The notes: generated by a model from the sequence alone, not told the origin. DNA of 64,000 bases from the human T2T-CHM13v2.0 reference genome, Homo sapiens (GCF_009914755.1 NC_060927.1); one strand, 5' to 3'; shown: positions 26,727-40,787, counted from the first letter of the stretch. Numbers and translations are program-made.

Positions 26727-29219
26727 GTAGGCTTTTTTTTTTTCTTTCTGTCAATACTTCTTTCTCCGCCTTCTGAATTTTAGCTTATTTTCTACAGTTA
26801 TGTCTCATATTTCCCATGTCTCACTCTTGACTTTAAGTATCATTTTTCCCATAAAAGGATCATGGGATGGGCTCTCACAATGATGTTAGATAATTTTTGT
26901 GCAACTGGTATTGATAAAGGATTAAGGCTAGTTATGTTGGTGTCCAGTGTGCATCCTCAGCTTTCTTCAAACTTTGCTGCATTTGGCAGGGGTACTTCAT
27001 AATTTGTGGTTTTGGGGCTATAGTAGTTTTTTCTTATTATTCATTTCTTTTGTTGTACTCAATACAGGAAAGTGAAGCCTTTACTCAATTATCTTAACCT
27101 AAACAGCAAAAAGTTTGAATAATCATTATTTTTGGAGCCTATTCAAATAAGAATAAAATAAATATTAAGTATTTCTAATTAGTACTTAAAATTAAAGTAC
27201 TATAAATATTAAATATCAGAATAATATAAATACTTAGGCCCAAAACGGTATGAGGAGATTAGTATTAAGAAGTTTCACTGGCTGTGTCCAGAAAAAAATC
27301 ACATTAACTTTGAATTATGTATTCGAAGAAAGTCAGAATTTTCATAAGTTGCTGCACTTTGTAGACAGGGATGTCATGATACATATACTGTAAAATATAT
27401 CTTATGATGTGTGTTACACCTACATATGCATGATATTTGAATTGCTACACTATTTGCTTAAACATATTAAATGTCACTCAAGGGAATAGTACATAATTAG
27501 ATTTATTAAAAATATATAAACTAGCAAACTATATTACATTTTTATTTCAAATATATCTGAATGCCTTTTAAAATCTCACTTATGGCAAGTATTGCTTTCC
27601 AGATTTACTGAGGTTATTATTTTCATCTCCCCTACAAAACTGTTAGCTCTTTGTCAGTAAATACATTGTTATATTTATCTTTCTGCTGCCTCTAGGTCTA
27701 GCATAACACTTACATGTGGTGGGGGCACACAAATGTTGGTGCAGTTAATTGATACACGCATATGCATACATAGGTAGTACTTGCCTAGAAAATGTTTATG
27801 CAAGCAGCTTTAAATAGTGCTATAAAAAGATTAAGCAACATTAATGGTAACAGGCCAATCACATATTCCCCATTCTGCTGGTAGCAGATAAAATACAACA
27901 AAAAGAAGGCACTAATGAGCTAGGATGGTGACTTACTAAGCGTGTAATTAATGTTATTAAGAAACATTGCAGTTGCATATTAAAATTCCGTTAACTAAGC
28001 AACCCTTCAGCATCAGTACATTTGTTCCTTGGTTTCAAGTTTTTCTTTTTCTTTTTCTTTTTTTTTTTTTCTGATTGGCATCTTCATGCAATCTTTCTCT
28101 AAAAAATGAGATAATGGGATGTGATCAGCCCTCGTGGTTTAGCTGGAGTGCTGACATGACAGTTCTGGCAAGTTGACAGGTTAAGTGAGTGAAAATGGAT
28201 GTCTTGTCTCACCATTTACTTGAAGAGCCATTTTAAGCTATAGTTTCCCTCTCTTTACTCCCACACTTACAACTCCTTCTATCCCAGGTATGAGAAGTCA
28301 AGTTTTCCCAATTTAGGAATTTAGGATCTTGAAAGAAGTTTTTCACCACTTTAAACTAGTCTTCTTCTGCTGGTCAAAAATGAGATCATTTCTTTACAAA
28401 CAAAGAGTTAATTTCTCTAATAATGAATTCGTTTTTAAGTTAATAGCACTTTTTATTTCATATTAAGAGTCCCTTAAAGAAAACAAAATTTTATTGTTTT
28501 ATTTTTAGTATTTTAATTATAAAGGCAGGTAGAAAAGCAAAGCTACAAACGCACTGGTAAAGTACAGAATAATATGGGACAATGGAATTTAAAAGTTCAG
28601 AACTTGTTTAATATTTTGACAGATTTTCCTAGGGATCTCTCAATTTATACCTATGTATAATTTAAAAGTTCTGTGAAACTTGCATGGCGAATCTCATAAT
28701 GATTTCCACAGTTACATGATTTCCTATAGTTACCTATAATTAAGGAAATCTATTTTAGTAATCTGAAATATAATAAAGTTTAAAATTACCTGCAAATGTA
28801 CCCACCTTATTTACAGTGTGAGTAAACTATTACTATTGATTGCAATGTAGAAATATTTAATATGATTATAGGATTAGAGTGGACTTGCTAAACCCAGTAA
28901 AGACCATTTAGATGAAAAAATACATGGTTCCACCCCTACAATCCCTCAGTTTAATTTCTGCCTGGCAAACTCGAACTATGAGCAAGTTCATAGTCGAACT
29001 ATATTACTTGCCGGAGGCCTTCAAATACCTAAACTGACTCAAGGAGCACACCCATCTAGACTGCCACAGGCCACAAAGAAGCAGGTGGGGGGAATGTGCC
29101 TTAAAGCAGTCTGCAAAATTCCTGTCTCTAACATACTGCCTTTGTTTTCCCCTCTGGGAGGAGCACTCTCCCACCCTTCCTTCCTTTCCAACTTAATCTA
29201 AAAGAACAAATCAAATTTG

Positions 29220-29327
29220 TTTCTCTCTCTCTTTCCCTCTCTCTCTTCTTTTCTCTCTCCTTCTTTTCTTCTCCCTCTCTCCCTCCATCTCTTTCCTCTT
29301 TTTCTTCCTCTCTCTCTTTCTCTCTCT
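29220..29327. repeat. CT-rich polypyrimidine low-complexity tract
   Basis: About 108 nt almost entirely C/T on the + strand. Confidence 0.9.
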
Positions 29328-30487
29328 ATGGTTTCTCCAGCTGTAGAAGGCCAACTGAGTCAAGTTACTCTTTTGCTTAGTATGTATTGTATTACAACCT
29401 TCATTGTATTGTAACATGTCACAACACAATTGTAAAATGTGTTGTAACATGCTTGATTGTTTCCAGGAATGTCTCTTGTGGTAGGAGGTGACTTCCACAG
29501 GACAGAGATCTTAGTACCCTCTGACAGAAAAGAAAACCACTAATGTTGTTTAAAAAAATAATTGGATAGTATTATGAATTGAATTGCCATGCAACATCTG
29601 AATTCATTTTTGTAGAAATTTATTACTGTGGTACGTTCCAGTAATATTTTGCCTTCAAAAACAAAAATATAAGTGTGAAGGCACTGGCCCAAGTATAAAA
29701 TGGCTATGTGCTTATAGCTGTTCATTACAACACTGTTTTTATGTGCCTGCTTATGAGATCTAAAAATGCAAGACATTTTGAACTGAGTTAACTCTTTTCA
29801 GAAGCATTCTTTCCATTCTAGATTATTGTAGAATTATTTCATTTTGATATTTACATTGTGGCATTTCAGGCAGGAGCACATTATGTGTGACTCTAAGTGA
29901 AAGCAAATGGTTTGAACCACTTTCATAAAACATATACATATTTTGTGGGGGGGGGGTGTATTACACTTACCAAAATAAATCCAATGCCTCCTTGGAATTG
30001 CCTTTACAGTTGCAACACATGGCAATTCAGAAGCCACTTCTGTTATTTTGTCGTCATACTATGTAATTATTGGCTGACTTCACTGCCTTTTTAAGTAATC
30101 AGATTTTGAATAATTGAGAGTTTTTTTTGTGGGGAGGAGGTTCTGATATTATATGAACCCTCCAAAATTAATCTCACCATCAACAAATTCCAAGACTGTT
30201 TCTAAACTGTAAAGAGTAATAGCTGCATAATAGTAACATGTTTTGCTCATACAATGAATGAATGTAATTTGTATGTATATGTGAGACCTCTCATGGGTGT
30301 AGAGTAGAATATGAAGTCTAAATAGATGAGGAATCTAAGGATTATGACTCATGGTAGTCATTCTATTCTCTTTGATTATTTTTTCATATTTATGAGAGCA
30401 ATATATCATTTAGTGCTTTTCCTTTTCATTTTGACATTGAAGAAGCACATACATATATATGCTTATTGTTGAAAGAAAAGGTATTAT

Positions 30488-30840
30488 TGTATTAGTCTGT
30501 TCTCATGATACTAATAAGGACATACCCAAGGCTGGGTAATGTATAAGGAAAAGAGGTTTAATCGACTCATAGCTCCACATGGCTGGGGAGGCCTCACAAT
30601 CATGGCAGAAGAGCAAGGAACATCTTAAATGGTGGTGGCAAGAGAGCCCTTTGTGGGGGAACTCTCCTTTATAAAACCATCAGATCTTGTGAGACTTATT
30701 CAGTATCACAAGAACAGCAGGGTAAAGACCCTGCCCCGTGATTCAATTACCTCCCACCGGGTCCCTCCCAAGACCCGTGGGAATTGTGGGAGGTACAGTT
30801 CAAGATGAGATTTGGGTGGGGACACAGCCAAACCATATCA
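30488..30840 (-). mobile_element. THE1 (THE1B-like) solo LTR
   Basis: tgtattagtctgttctca...gggaggcctcacaatcatggcagaag...gagatttgggtggggacacagccaaaccatatca; ~350 bp. Confidence 0.92.
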
Positions 30841-30996
30841 GGTATAGACATTGGTATTTTACTATGGAATAAGGATTTTTATTATTAGCTACAAGGAAGT
30901 AGCTGGTGGCAAAGAAAGTGTATCACTCATCTAAAGGATTTATTGCCATGGACTCAATAAAAAACAAAAAAAATAGTTAATTAGAAAGGTAGGTAA

Positions 30997-31323
<327 letters not shown>

Positions 31324-31758
31324 AATCATTTACATTTCTTGGAAATAGTGACAAATGAGTAAAATGTGATTAAGTAGTCTCTATAAAAGTGATTATTTTA
31401 AATCCTATATTTCTAATTTATATTTTCTATTATAAATACATTGCTTCCTCTGAGATGAATTATGTGTTAATAAGCTTCAAATCCAACATTTCCATGGCAG
31501 TGTGTATGCATTTCCAATATTATTAACAGAAAATCTTTTGAAATCAAATGAAGCATTACATAGTAAAAATTAAATAAAATTAAATAAGTTGAAGAAACAA
31601 TCACGTATCAATTAGAACCCAAACTGAGTTGAATATAAATTGAGTAAACATTTATCTCTTACTACTGGTCTATAATTGCATTGCAAAGAAACGATTTCTC
31701 ACTCTCTGTTTCTTGTTGGTGGAGGCAAGCCTATTAACTAATTTTTGCAGAAACTTTT

Positions 31759-32067
31759 TAATTTTTTTTCTTCTTTTTAGAGACGGAGGCTTGCTCTGTC
31801 GCCCAGGCTGGAGAGCAGTGGCACAACAATCTCGGCTCACTGCAAGCTCCGCCTCCCGGGTTCAAGCAATTCTCCTGCCTCAGCCTCCTGAGGAGCCGGG
31901 ATTACAGGCGCACCCTGCCACGCCCAGCTAATTTGTTTTGTATTTTAGTGGAGACGAGGTTTCACCATGTTGCCCAGGCTGATCTCAAACTCCAGAGCTC
32001 AGACAATCCACCCGCCTCGGCCTCCCAAAGTGGTAGAATTACAGGAGTGAGCCACCGCCCCCCGGCC
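31759..32067 (-). mobile_element. Alu (older S/J-type)
   Basis: Full dimer; TSD ttttgcag(a/g)aactttt at 31743-31758 and 32068-32083. Confidence 0.92.
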
Positions 32068-33239
32068 TTTTGCAGGAACTTTTAAAACCCATTGTTACAC
32101 AATGTCTTTATTTGTCTGTAGTGCTTTTGTTACTCTGGAATGTTGGCTACTCATTTATAGGCTTTGGGTCATACATTTTCAACGTTGTGTAGCAGCACTC
32201 TCTACAAAAGGGCGTATCAGAATCGGTTAGATTTGTATTCAGGTAACATACTTGAAACAACACATATCAGAATCGATTAGTTTTTTTTCAAATCACATAT
32301 ATATTGTTTTCAAACACTATATTTACTACTGCAATAGTAAGTCACTGTCACTGGTGGGTATGTGTATAGGTATAATGGAATAGGTATAATAATGCAGATA
32401 TATTATTCCTTAGGTATAATGAGATGGAAAAAATATTGAGTATTTGCTTTAGATCAAGAATTCTGTTCTTTTTAAAATGTACTATTCCGAGGCATTCATT
32501 TAGTGTTCACTGTTTTGGGCTTTTCTAGGTGAAAAAAATATACCATTTATATGCTAAATTGTAGACAGCACCCCATACCAGTAAAATCTTCAAACTGAAC
32601 TAAGGAAGTCAGACATATAGGCTGGGGAAAAATAGAGAAGGCAATGCAAGCAAGAGCAAGTACCTTAAATTGGAAAGAACACAAGACAAGCACAAGGTCA
32701 GAGATTGTTCAGGTTAATCATTGTTGACAAAGAGGACCAAAGGATAATTGATATCGGGGTGGGTTAACCACAAGACCAAGCAAATACTAGTGATTGAAAG
32801 TAGACTGCTCTGCTGAAATGCTGGAGCTAGTTTGGGGACAAATGAGTGTCAGGATTGGAAAATCTTAGATCAGCTGATGGAAGCCAGAATGCTACACGGA
32901 GAAGAATAATTTGCAAGCATTGCTATGGTAAGTATTGTAGGTTTCACTGTGATGCGATGAAAAGCACTATAGGTTTATGAATAAAGAGTGACTTGAAGGA
33001 AGTGTGCTTAAGAAAGGTTATACTTACAGGTAGTATAGAAAGAGAAAAGTAATGGGTTTTATGCTACCCTAATAATAAAAACAATCATTCAGAAGAAACG
33101 TAATGTTATTATTTTGCAAATCTTTGTAGCATATTGGAAATAATAGCGTTAAAGTTCTATCATTCTTCTTCGTATTAGATATGACAAATTTTTAGTTAAT
33201 CAGATCTTGGTTCGAACGGAACCAAATGAATCTGGCATC

Positions 33240-33770
33240 TCAGTGTTTAAGAGTTCCTACTGTGGCATTCGAATAAGCCAGAAGTCAAACCTGTCCTCCA
33301 ATCTAATTTAACTAAGAAAGCTGTATTTCTTGCATGTTGTCACTTATAAGTGGAAGCTGAACAATGTGAACACATAGGCACAGGGAGGGGAACAATACAC
33401 ACTGGGGCCAGTCGGGGGCAGTGGGGGCGCGCAGGGGGAGGGAGAGCATCAGGAAAAAGAGCTAACGCATGCTGCGGTTAATACCTAGGTGAGGGGTTGG
33501 TAGGTGCAGCAGTTCATCATGGCACACATTTACCTATGTAACAAACCCGCACATCCTGCACATGCACAGGGGAACTTAATAAACCAAAATAAATTAATAA
33601 AGCTGTGTTACTCATGCCCTGAGTAAGATTCAGTTTACTGGTTTTACATCATTATGATAGTAGTTGAAACATAAGGCTTTTCAAATATTAATTGAGATAA
33701 TGCCTGTGGAGGGTTTAACACAAACCCTAGCACATAATAAGCTCTCAATGAATGTTAATTATTGCCATTC
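33240..33770 (+). mobile_element. MIR interrupted by an L1 insertion
   Basis: 5' part agtgtttaagag... before 33330; 3' part ...cctagcacataataagctctcaatgaatgttaattatt after 33600. Confidence 0.55.
33331..33600 (+). mobile_element. L1PA 3' end, heavily 5'-truncated
   Basis: cacttataagtgg...taatacctaggtga...tttacctatgtaacaaacc.gcacatcctgcacatg, A-rich tail; TSD aaagctgt(a/g)tt(t/a)ct on both sides. Confidence 0.88.
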
Positions 33771-34946
33771 TACTAAACAGTTTGTGACTAAGTGAAATTT
33801 TAACTCAAGCATATGAAGGAAGAGAATGCTTCTTAAATATGCTTATAGAATATGTTAGTATTTAACAAGTAAATATATGAAATAGCAAAAAAAATTCTAC
33901 TTGAGTTTGTCAAAAAATTCGAAATGGCAATTATAGAATTAAAAGTTTATTCATTCAGGCATAAAATTATATCCAAAGAAAAAGAGTGGCTGAGCATGAC
34001 TGTATTCACCCTGTGCCACATATGAATGTACGTAGCTGTTGCATGACTCTCTCCATGCTAATGCCTGCCATAGGAAGTCATATTTTCCTGTTAAAACAAC
34101 TCTGAACATGATGTGATTAACCTTTAGAGTCCCCCATCCCCTCATCTCAAAGCCCAACTCATGCACGGCCTGTGCTTCCTACTCATGTTCAGCCATCTGA
34201 TTTCCATGTCACCCACTCACTCTCACCAGCAGGCATTAGCATAACAGAGCTGCAGCGTGACTTTGATTGAAGCCAGCTTGGGCTGAATGCAGTATCAAAG
34301 CATCATTTAGCAGAAATCAAATCTAATTTACTGTGCATTGTATTTAAATTCTCAAAACACAGTTTCAAGTGAACTGTCCCAGACCTCTAATCTTAATTGA
34401 CCTTTTTATATTTGGGTCTACTTCTCTGGAAATCACACAACATACTTTCCTTATAGAGCTATTGTTTTTCAGCTTGTAAGTGTTGATTAAACACTAAATT
34501 GTGTCATTCTGTTTGCTTCGTCTCATTTCTAGTTATAGCTGAAGCAATAAGGTATAATCACGTGACAGATTAAGCAAGTAGGATATTACATCATAGTTAA
34601 CAAAAGATTTTTCCAATGCTTTCAGGTTTTAGACAGAATATAAGTATATATTTTATAGTCTTCTGTCTCAGAGACATATAGGAGAATTGCCATTTTTATA
34701 ACAGGCATATTCTTCTGGAGTTTATAACTCAATCTCTTTAATTCACATTGGGTTTAAGCATGTGTTTGGAATTGTCGTCTTGAGGACCTAGTAGTTTTTT
34801 TTTTAATACTTAATGGGAGTCATTATAGAAAATCTATTTTATGTATAGCACACTTTGTGCTATTGTGCTGTGTTGATAAAATGCCACATCTGTCTACTCC
34901 CTCTCTTTGGTGCCATCAGCCAAATACTGTCTTTTCAGACCATTTT

Positions 34947-34963
34947 CACTGCCACCTGGCAGA
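34947..34963 (-). promoter_or_regulatory. Candidate CTCF site
   Basis: The - strand reads tctgccaggtggcagtg, one mismatch from the CTCF core CC(A/G)CCAG(G/A)(T/G)GGCAG. Motif only. Confidence 0.35.
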
Positions 34964-35659
34964 GACACTGAAACTGTGGAGGGTTATTAGAAGAATTATT
35001 GATGCAGTTTTTCATTTAAAACCTCAAAAATAAATTCCTTCAGCTGATATCCCTTCACAGAAGATTGCAATATAGATCTAGGGCAGACAGAGAGTCTACA
35101 AAAGTAAAAGTGATTGATGCAATTTGTTTCTTTGGTCCACCTTCAGGTGATAATAGGAAAGGATGTGTATTTTCACAGACTTGAATACTCTTCAAATTTT
35201 TTGCTTTGATAAATGTTTCCATTTTTTCATTTTTTAAAATTAAAATATGATTAGATGATTTTAGTTCCAGCAAGATCAATGTGGCATAAGTTCTGGTGAC
35301 AATAGTCTATTGAATGCATTTGAAATACAACACATTTCCGACTTGGAGTAAATGTACAATATACATAAACATCACGTGATAATATATTTTATAGGATAAA
35401 TAACAGATGCTGACAGTTTTTTGTTAGTGGTCTTTAAAATAATCCAGTATTGGGTAAAAGTTCCAGAAATTATAATTTCCTGTCCTTTTTAGATTATACC
35501 ATCAGTGGTAAATATTATGTTTTGATTTTGCAGAATTTCTTTGTCCTTTAAAAGCCCTGATGAAATGGTATCTTTAGGTGCTACTAAAAATAAAAATTCT
35601 CAACTGGATTCTCTGCCCCAACTTGTGAAGATTTGCCAGCTCTTTGTCTTTGCTCTTTC

Positions 35660-36252
35660 TCTAATCCTCATCTACATTGCTTCTAAAGCACCCTTTCCAA
35701 AATATAAATCTGATTATATCTTTCTTACAAAAATGTCTTTGAACAGATCTTTAGAGTTTTCAGAATGAAATGTTACACTTGTTTAGCAGAAATCATCTGT
35801 CCCTATCTATATGACCACTGTGACCTAGATTTCTTTTATTCTCAGAATCTTTTACATGCCCCTAAAAATCCAGTTCAGTGGGTCTCTGCCTTATGTGCTG
35901 CTTCTCTTTGTCCCAAGTCACCTTACCACTCTTCGCCTAGTCAGCTCTTAGTTGTCCTCCAAAGTACAGCTCTAATGTAGCCATGCCCTAGCAGCTTTTC
36001 TCTTTTTTTTTCTCACAACATGGCCTGATTGGTTCTGTTCCACTCTTTCTCCCCCAGTGCCATCTGCATTTTTTCTGTTTTCATTGAAAAAAATCACATT
36101 TTGCTGTTTTTGTGTATTTATTTATATATTTACTTGTAAGCCTCTGCCACAGGGCAAGAACAATTTTATTTGGCTTCCCATCTCCTGTACCAACCAGAAT
36201 GTATCATCATTTTTCGTCAATCAGTACATTTTGTGTGAATAAATGGATGAAT
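35660..36252 (+). mobile_element. L2 fragment
   Basis: aaatataaatctgattatatc...tgtaagcctctgccacagggcaag...tgaataaatggatgaat, L2-type 3' end. Confidence 0.55.
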
Positions 36253-37749
36253 TATGTCTTTTCAGAAAAGTGGATGCATAGATGCGGTCATTTGCCAGTC
36301 CTTATTTTGAGGACTATATTTTAGCAGTGGTGTTAAAATCGTATTATCTGGATGCCAAAAGCATTTTGCAAAATCACTCATCTACAAAAAAAATGTTTCA
36401 AAAGTTTGAAAATTAAATTCTTGGAAGTCTGTACTTCTAAAGTACACATGGTAATTTTAGTGATAGAGATTTGTAATTTTACTGGATAGATGAAGAATAA
36501 TATGCTTAAAACTATGAAATACATAAATATATGTTGATATTTCATTGATTTCATTTGATGATTTCAATCACGTTTATTCTCAGTTAATATATTTTAAAAG
36601 TTTGTAAAGAAGGACTGTATAGAGTATCCAGGACTCTAAGGTTTTACTAACTACTTTTGTGAGGTAATTTAAATTCTTTCTGGCCCAAAGCAGTACAAAT
36701 TAACTAATCAGCTAAATAGGTGATTTTTATTCAAATCTTTTAAGTGACTGATTTTGACCAAACTGAGTTTTGAGTTTTTAATAATTTTCGATACATGCTA
36801 AATTATTCAACACTCCTCACTTGGCAAGTGTCCATGTTGGCATTATTATTTTTCTTTATAGGATCACAAAGAGATAACTATATACTCATTCTTAACTTTT
36901 TCATAACAAATATAATTTTTCTACAAGATTGCAGATGACGGAAACAAACCTTAAGTGTTTTTTTTTTTTTTGGCACAAATACCTGGTGGTTTCACATTTC
37001 TATTGAAAAAATGGTCACTGCAGTGTTTTAAGAGTTTTCTCTAAAATAATTTTTTAACATTGATTTACACCATCATTTCTATGAGAAAACATGGAACAAA
37101 AATCAATGTATCTGCTGATTCGGGAGAACTGTGTGGAAATAACAAGAAGATTGTAAGAAGCAACTAATCTCCTGAAAATACAAGGCAACCTATACCACGC
37201 TCTGTTCAAACAGATTCATAAATCTGGGTTTTCCATACTGCTAGAATGAGTCTTCTGTTAATCTATAGTTATAGAAGAAAATGTCATTTAGTAGATTTAT
37301 CCCATCTGTCCCTGGGTTATGCGTTAGATGCGTTGAACTAGGAGGCGGTATAATAGAACACCAAAAAATAAGTCAATACAAATCCCAGGGAATTGTCTGG
37401 AAAAATGCTGCTGCTTTTTCTACGCTAGGATTCTTGTAAGGATGAAGAATTGGTTGCGTGTTTGGGGCTGATCTACGTTTACCCCATTCTTGGACCTGCA
37501 CTTCTTTTCTCCTGAAGGACTGAAATGATTTCCAGTGACAGTTTTTACCAGACATCACTCATGGTTAGAGGGCATTAAAGTGCCACTAGGTTCTAAAAAT
37601 TAGAGTTGATTTTAAAGTGTTTTCTTGGTCTCAGTTTTCTAGCCTAAGAAGCGAGTTAAAGTGGATATAGATTATTAGAAAAGTCATGGAATAAACACTG
37701 TGTTTTCTGCTCAACAAAAATGGATTTTGGTAGGGAGACGCCCTTGTGA

Positions 37750-38580
37750 AAACTTCCAATGATACTGCCTACTGTCTTTCACTTTATTCTCTCTCAAGAT
37801 CATTAGACCACCATTTAAATCTGAACTTTCTTAGGATTTTTACCCCCATCCCTTTCTTTTATTTTCTGTCGGAGTTACTTATGTCTTGGTCTCATTAGCT
37901 TCACCTGTACCATTTTACTAGCCTCCCAGCCAGACTTCTTGTTTTATAGACTAAGTGGCTTCCTCTCCAATCCATGCTACATTCATCAGAGGGTTAAAGC
38001 TGCCAAAAATTACTTTTGCATCTGTCACTTTTCAGCTTAGAAAAAAATCAGAATAAAATCCTCAGTTTGACTTCTGAAACCCTCCTTTGTAGCCAAAAGT
38101 GTTTACATAACTTGGACCCTCCATCCTGCCAAATTACACACTGTATCCTAAGCTTGTTCTTGCTTCTTATACTTTGCTCCATAATCTCCTTGTTTGGAAT
38201 GTGTTCATTTTTCCATTTACCTCAAAGCTCCCATAATGCCCATTTTCTACACAGAGCCTTCTGTAGGTTTTACAACACCAAGGGATTTCTTTCTCCTGAG
38301 TCTTATTGTGTTTCGTATATATACAATAACTTAAATTCTCTTCCACTGTGGTCTGAGATTACCTCTACCATTGCACTTACCACAGTCTTAGATAAGTGTT
38401 GATTTAATTTCGTTTTTGTTTTTGTCATTGTCATTGTGTTTTTCATTTCCCTTAGACTCTAAGCTCTTTGATGGCTTCAGGATAAAAGCTTCCCATCTCT
38501 GTATCTTTAGTGCCCAGTAGGGGAACATAGTAATTACCTGACTAACCTTTATCTATCTAAATGAAATAAATTAGATTGAG
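37750..38580 (+). mobile_element. L2 fragment
   Basis: Pyrimidine-rich L2-like body; ttagactctaagctctttga...tgtatctttagtgcccagtag...acatagta. Confidence 0.5.
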
Positions 38581-39183
38581 TCAACCATTTCAATACATTT
38601 ATTTATATTGCTTATTACCCTTGTATATAATTCCCATCTCTTCAATTCTTCAATGTCTTTAATCTTTCAACTCTTGAATTCTAGATATAAGCACTTTTAA
38701 GAATAGGGGTCATATTTTATACCCTTTGGTATCCCTGTGCCTTATATAATTCTTGCAGTAACTACAAAAACTGCCAATGCTTATAAATAAATTGACTTTA
38801 GAGGAAGGAGATGGTTGAGTAAGAGAGTGATTCTTTTCTTATCTTTATTTATTTAAAAAGCAGAACCAACTTGAAAATCCATGTTTTTCCTTAAAAATGT
38901 TAAAATCATTTAAAAATCTAATTTTCTATGCAAGTATATGTAGGCCAAAGGATTACAATGTACAACATATAAAATACGTCTGCTAAAAAGTTTGCTTCTT
39001 TCCTCACATTGGATTGAATATAATGTCTTTCTTTTTGTGTTTTGAGAAATGTGTAAAAGTAAATAAAAAACTGTAGTCTCTCTCTGGCACTGAACAGTCA
39101 ACATAGTACCATATTTTCTCCTTGACATATTTTTATTTGTCTATGGTTGATATTTACACGCTTTCTTTTCTTTTAAATTATAG

Positions 39184-39308
39184 CTCCCCCACAGTTTGTG
39201 GTTCGGCCAAGAGATCAGATTGTTGCTCAAGGTCGAACAGTGACATTTCCCTGTGAAACTAAAGGAAACCCACAGCCAGCTGTTTTTTGGCAGAAAGAAG
39301 GCAGCCAG
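39184..39308 (+). CDS. ROBO2: ROBO2 exon 7 (125 nt), N-terminal half of Ig4
   Basis: ttatag|CT CCC CCA CAG...AGC CAG|gtgagt; (A)[41 protein letters not shown]. Confidence 0.97.
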
Positions 39309-40787
39309 GTGAGTGTGAGGCTTCACTGCTTTTCTGAAATCTCTGAACTTCTACTGTCTCTGCTGCTCCTGAAAGCTTGCCTTGCTTCTCTTGTTCTCAA
39401 TGTTTGAATTTATTTTATTTCTGAAAAAGAGACTGGTGAATGTAAAAATAAGTAGGAGTCAGATGTTCTAGCAATAGCATTCTTTATTTGCTAGTATTAA
39501 TCTTTTCAAAATTCTGTCTCTTACATAGAACAGCAATAAAGCAGTGTAACAAAATTATCGTTAAAAGTCCAACCAAAACCTCTGTAGCTATTTAAAATCT
39601 GTGAAGGTAAAGCTAATTTTGTTTTCTTGTATTGAGATACGTGGTGTGATAGAGTCAGGACATATGCAGTACTTAGAACAATCTCTGTGACATGGAAAAC
39701 AGTCAAATATTTGTTTAATTGGCCCAGAATTTCAATCCTCTCTCTTATATACACAGCATAAATGACTTTTCTTACCCTTAATTAAAGCATGCTTCCATTT
39801 AAGAGTAGGATAAATCTTTTCCTTCTCCATTCCTCCTGGATTCATCCATAGTGGGGTTAGACAGGAAATAATACATAGTACACTAGAAGGAACCCATACC
39901 TGTCTTGTCTTTGTTCTGCCCTGGTTTGTCCTCTCCAGGGCCCTCTCTGGGCAACATGGCCTCTCAGAGTCTCTATGGAAAGTCAACTGGATACACTAGT
40001 TTTCTCATTTAGAACTCTGTCTAAAGTTGGACAACTGCTTAGCCTCTAGGTTCGTAGTCAATGAGTGAAATTTCCAGGTAAAACTAGATTAAAAATTGTG
40101 TTGTTTGCAAAATAATTTATCTGTGCATTCCCATGGGACCTGGAGATATTTTCCTTCTAAACTTTCTAGAAACATGCACTACTAGGCATATTCTGAGGAA
40201 GAGACCTACTGGTGGTCTTCCTCATCACATTCTGTTATTACTACATGTTCCAGAAGAATTTCCTTGGGAATAATGGAAATCATTATTAAACATCTCTGGA
40301 AATCTAAAACCTTGGCCAGAGATGGGAAATGTAAGTTGCATTAGAAGACTCTGTTGATTAAAGCTTACATGTGTTTATCTGCAACATACATGTGTGCAAG
40401 GAAGCCTGTAGAAGTTCTGTGCAGCCATTATGTCTAATTGTTGTGGGTTTCTATAAATTCCTGTACCAGCTCATAGTGAGCAGTTCTAACAGCTCAGTCT
40501 GGATGGACAAATGGCCTTTTATTCCTCACTCAGCTCTCCTTGGTGGAGTCATTCCTCTTGTGATTTGTGGAATGTAAACGTAGTGACGGGAATGTAAGGA
40601 AAGGTGATGGCCACTGCCTTATCCCACATCAGAACTGTTCCAGGCCTTAACTCTCAAATCTTCTTTCTAATTTAGTAATTACAAAACAGGTTTCTACACA
40701 TAGAGTTCTTTAACTGTTTGCTTTAAAATTCTTTTCAGATGTTAGCGTCTCAGACTCTAAAGTAAGTGTAAGGCAGCATGACAATTA

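Noticed and set aside
29211-29498. Arg/Lys/Glu-rich and Leu/Ser-rich ORFs
   Set aside because: Artefacts of the CT/GA low-complexity tract.
33208-33226. Hairpin ttggttc-gaacg-gaaccaa
   Set aside because: A 7-bp stem is expected by chance in 64 kb.
39309-39407. Hydrophobic 32-aa read-through tail after exon 7 as a membrane anchor
   Set aside because: The donor CAG|gtgagt is near-perfect and Ig4 would be cut in half; pyrimidine-rich introns give Leu-rich peptides by chance.
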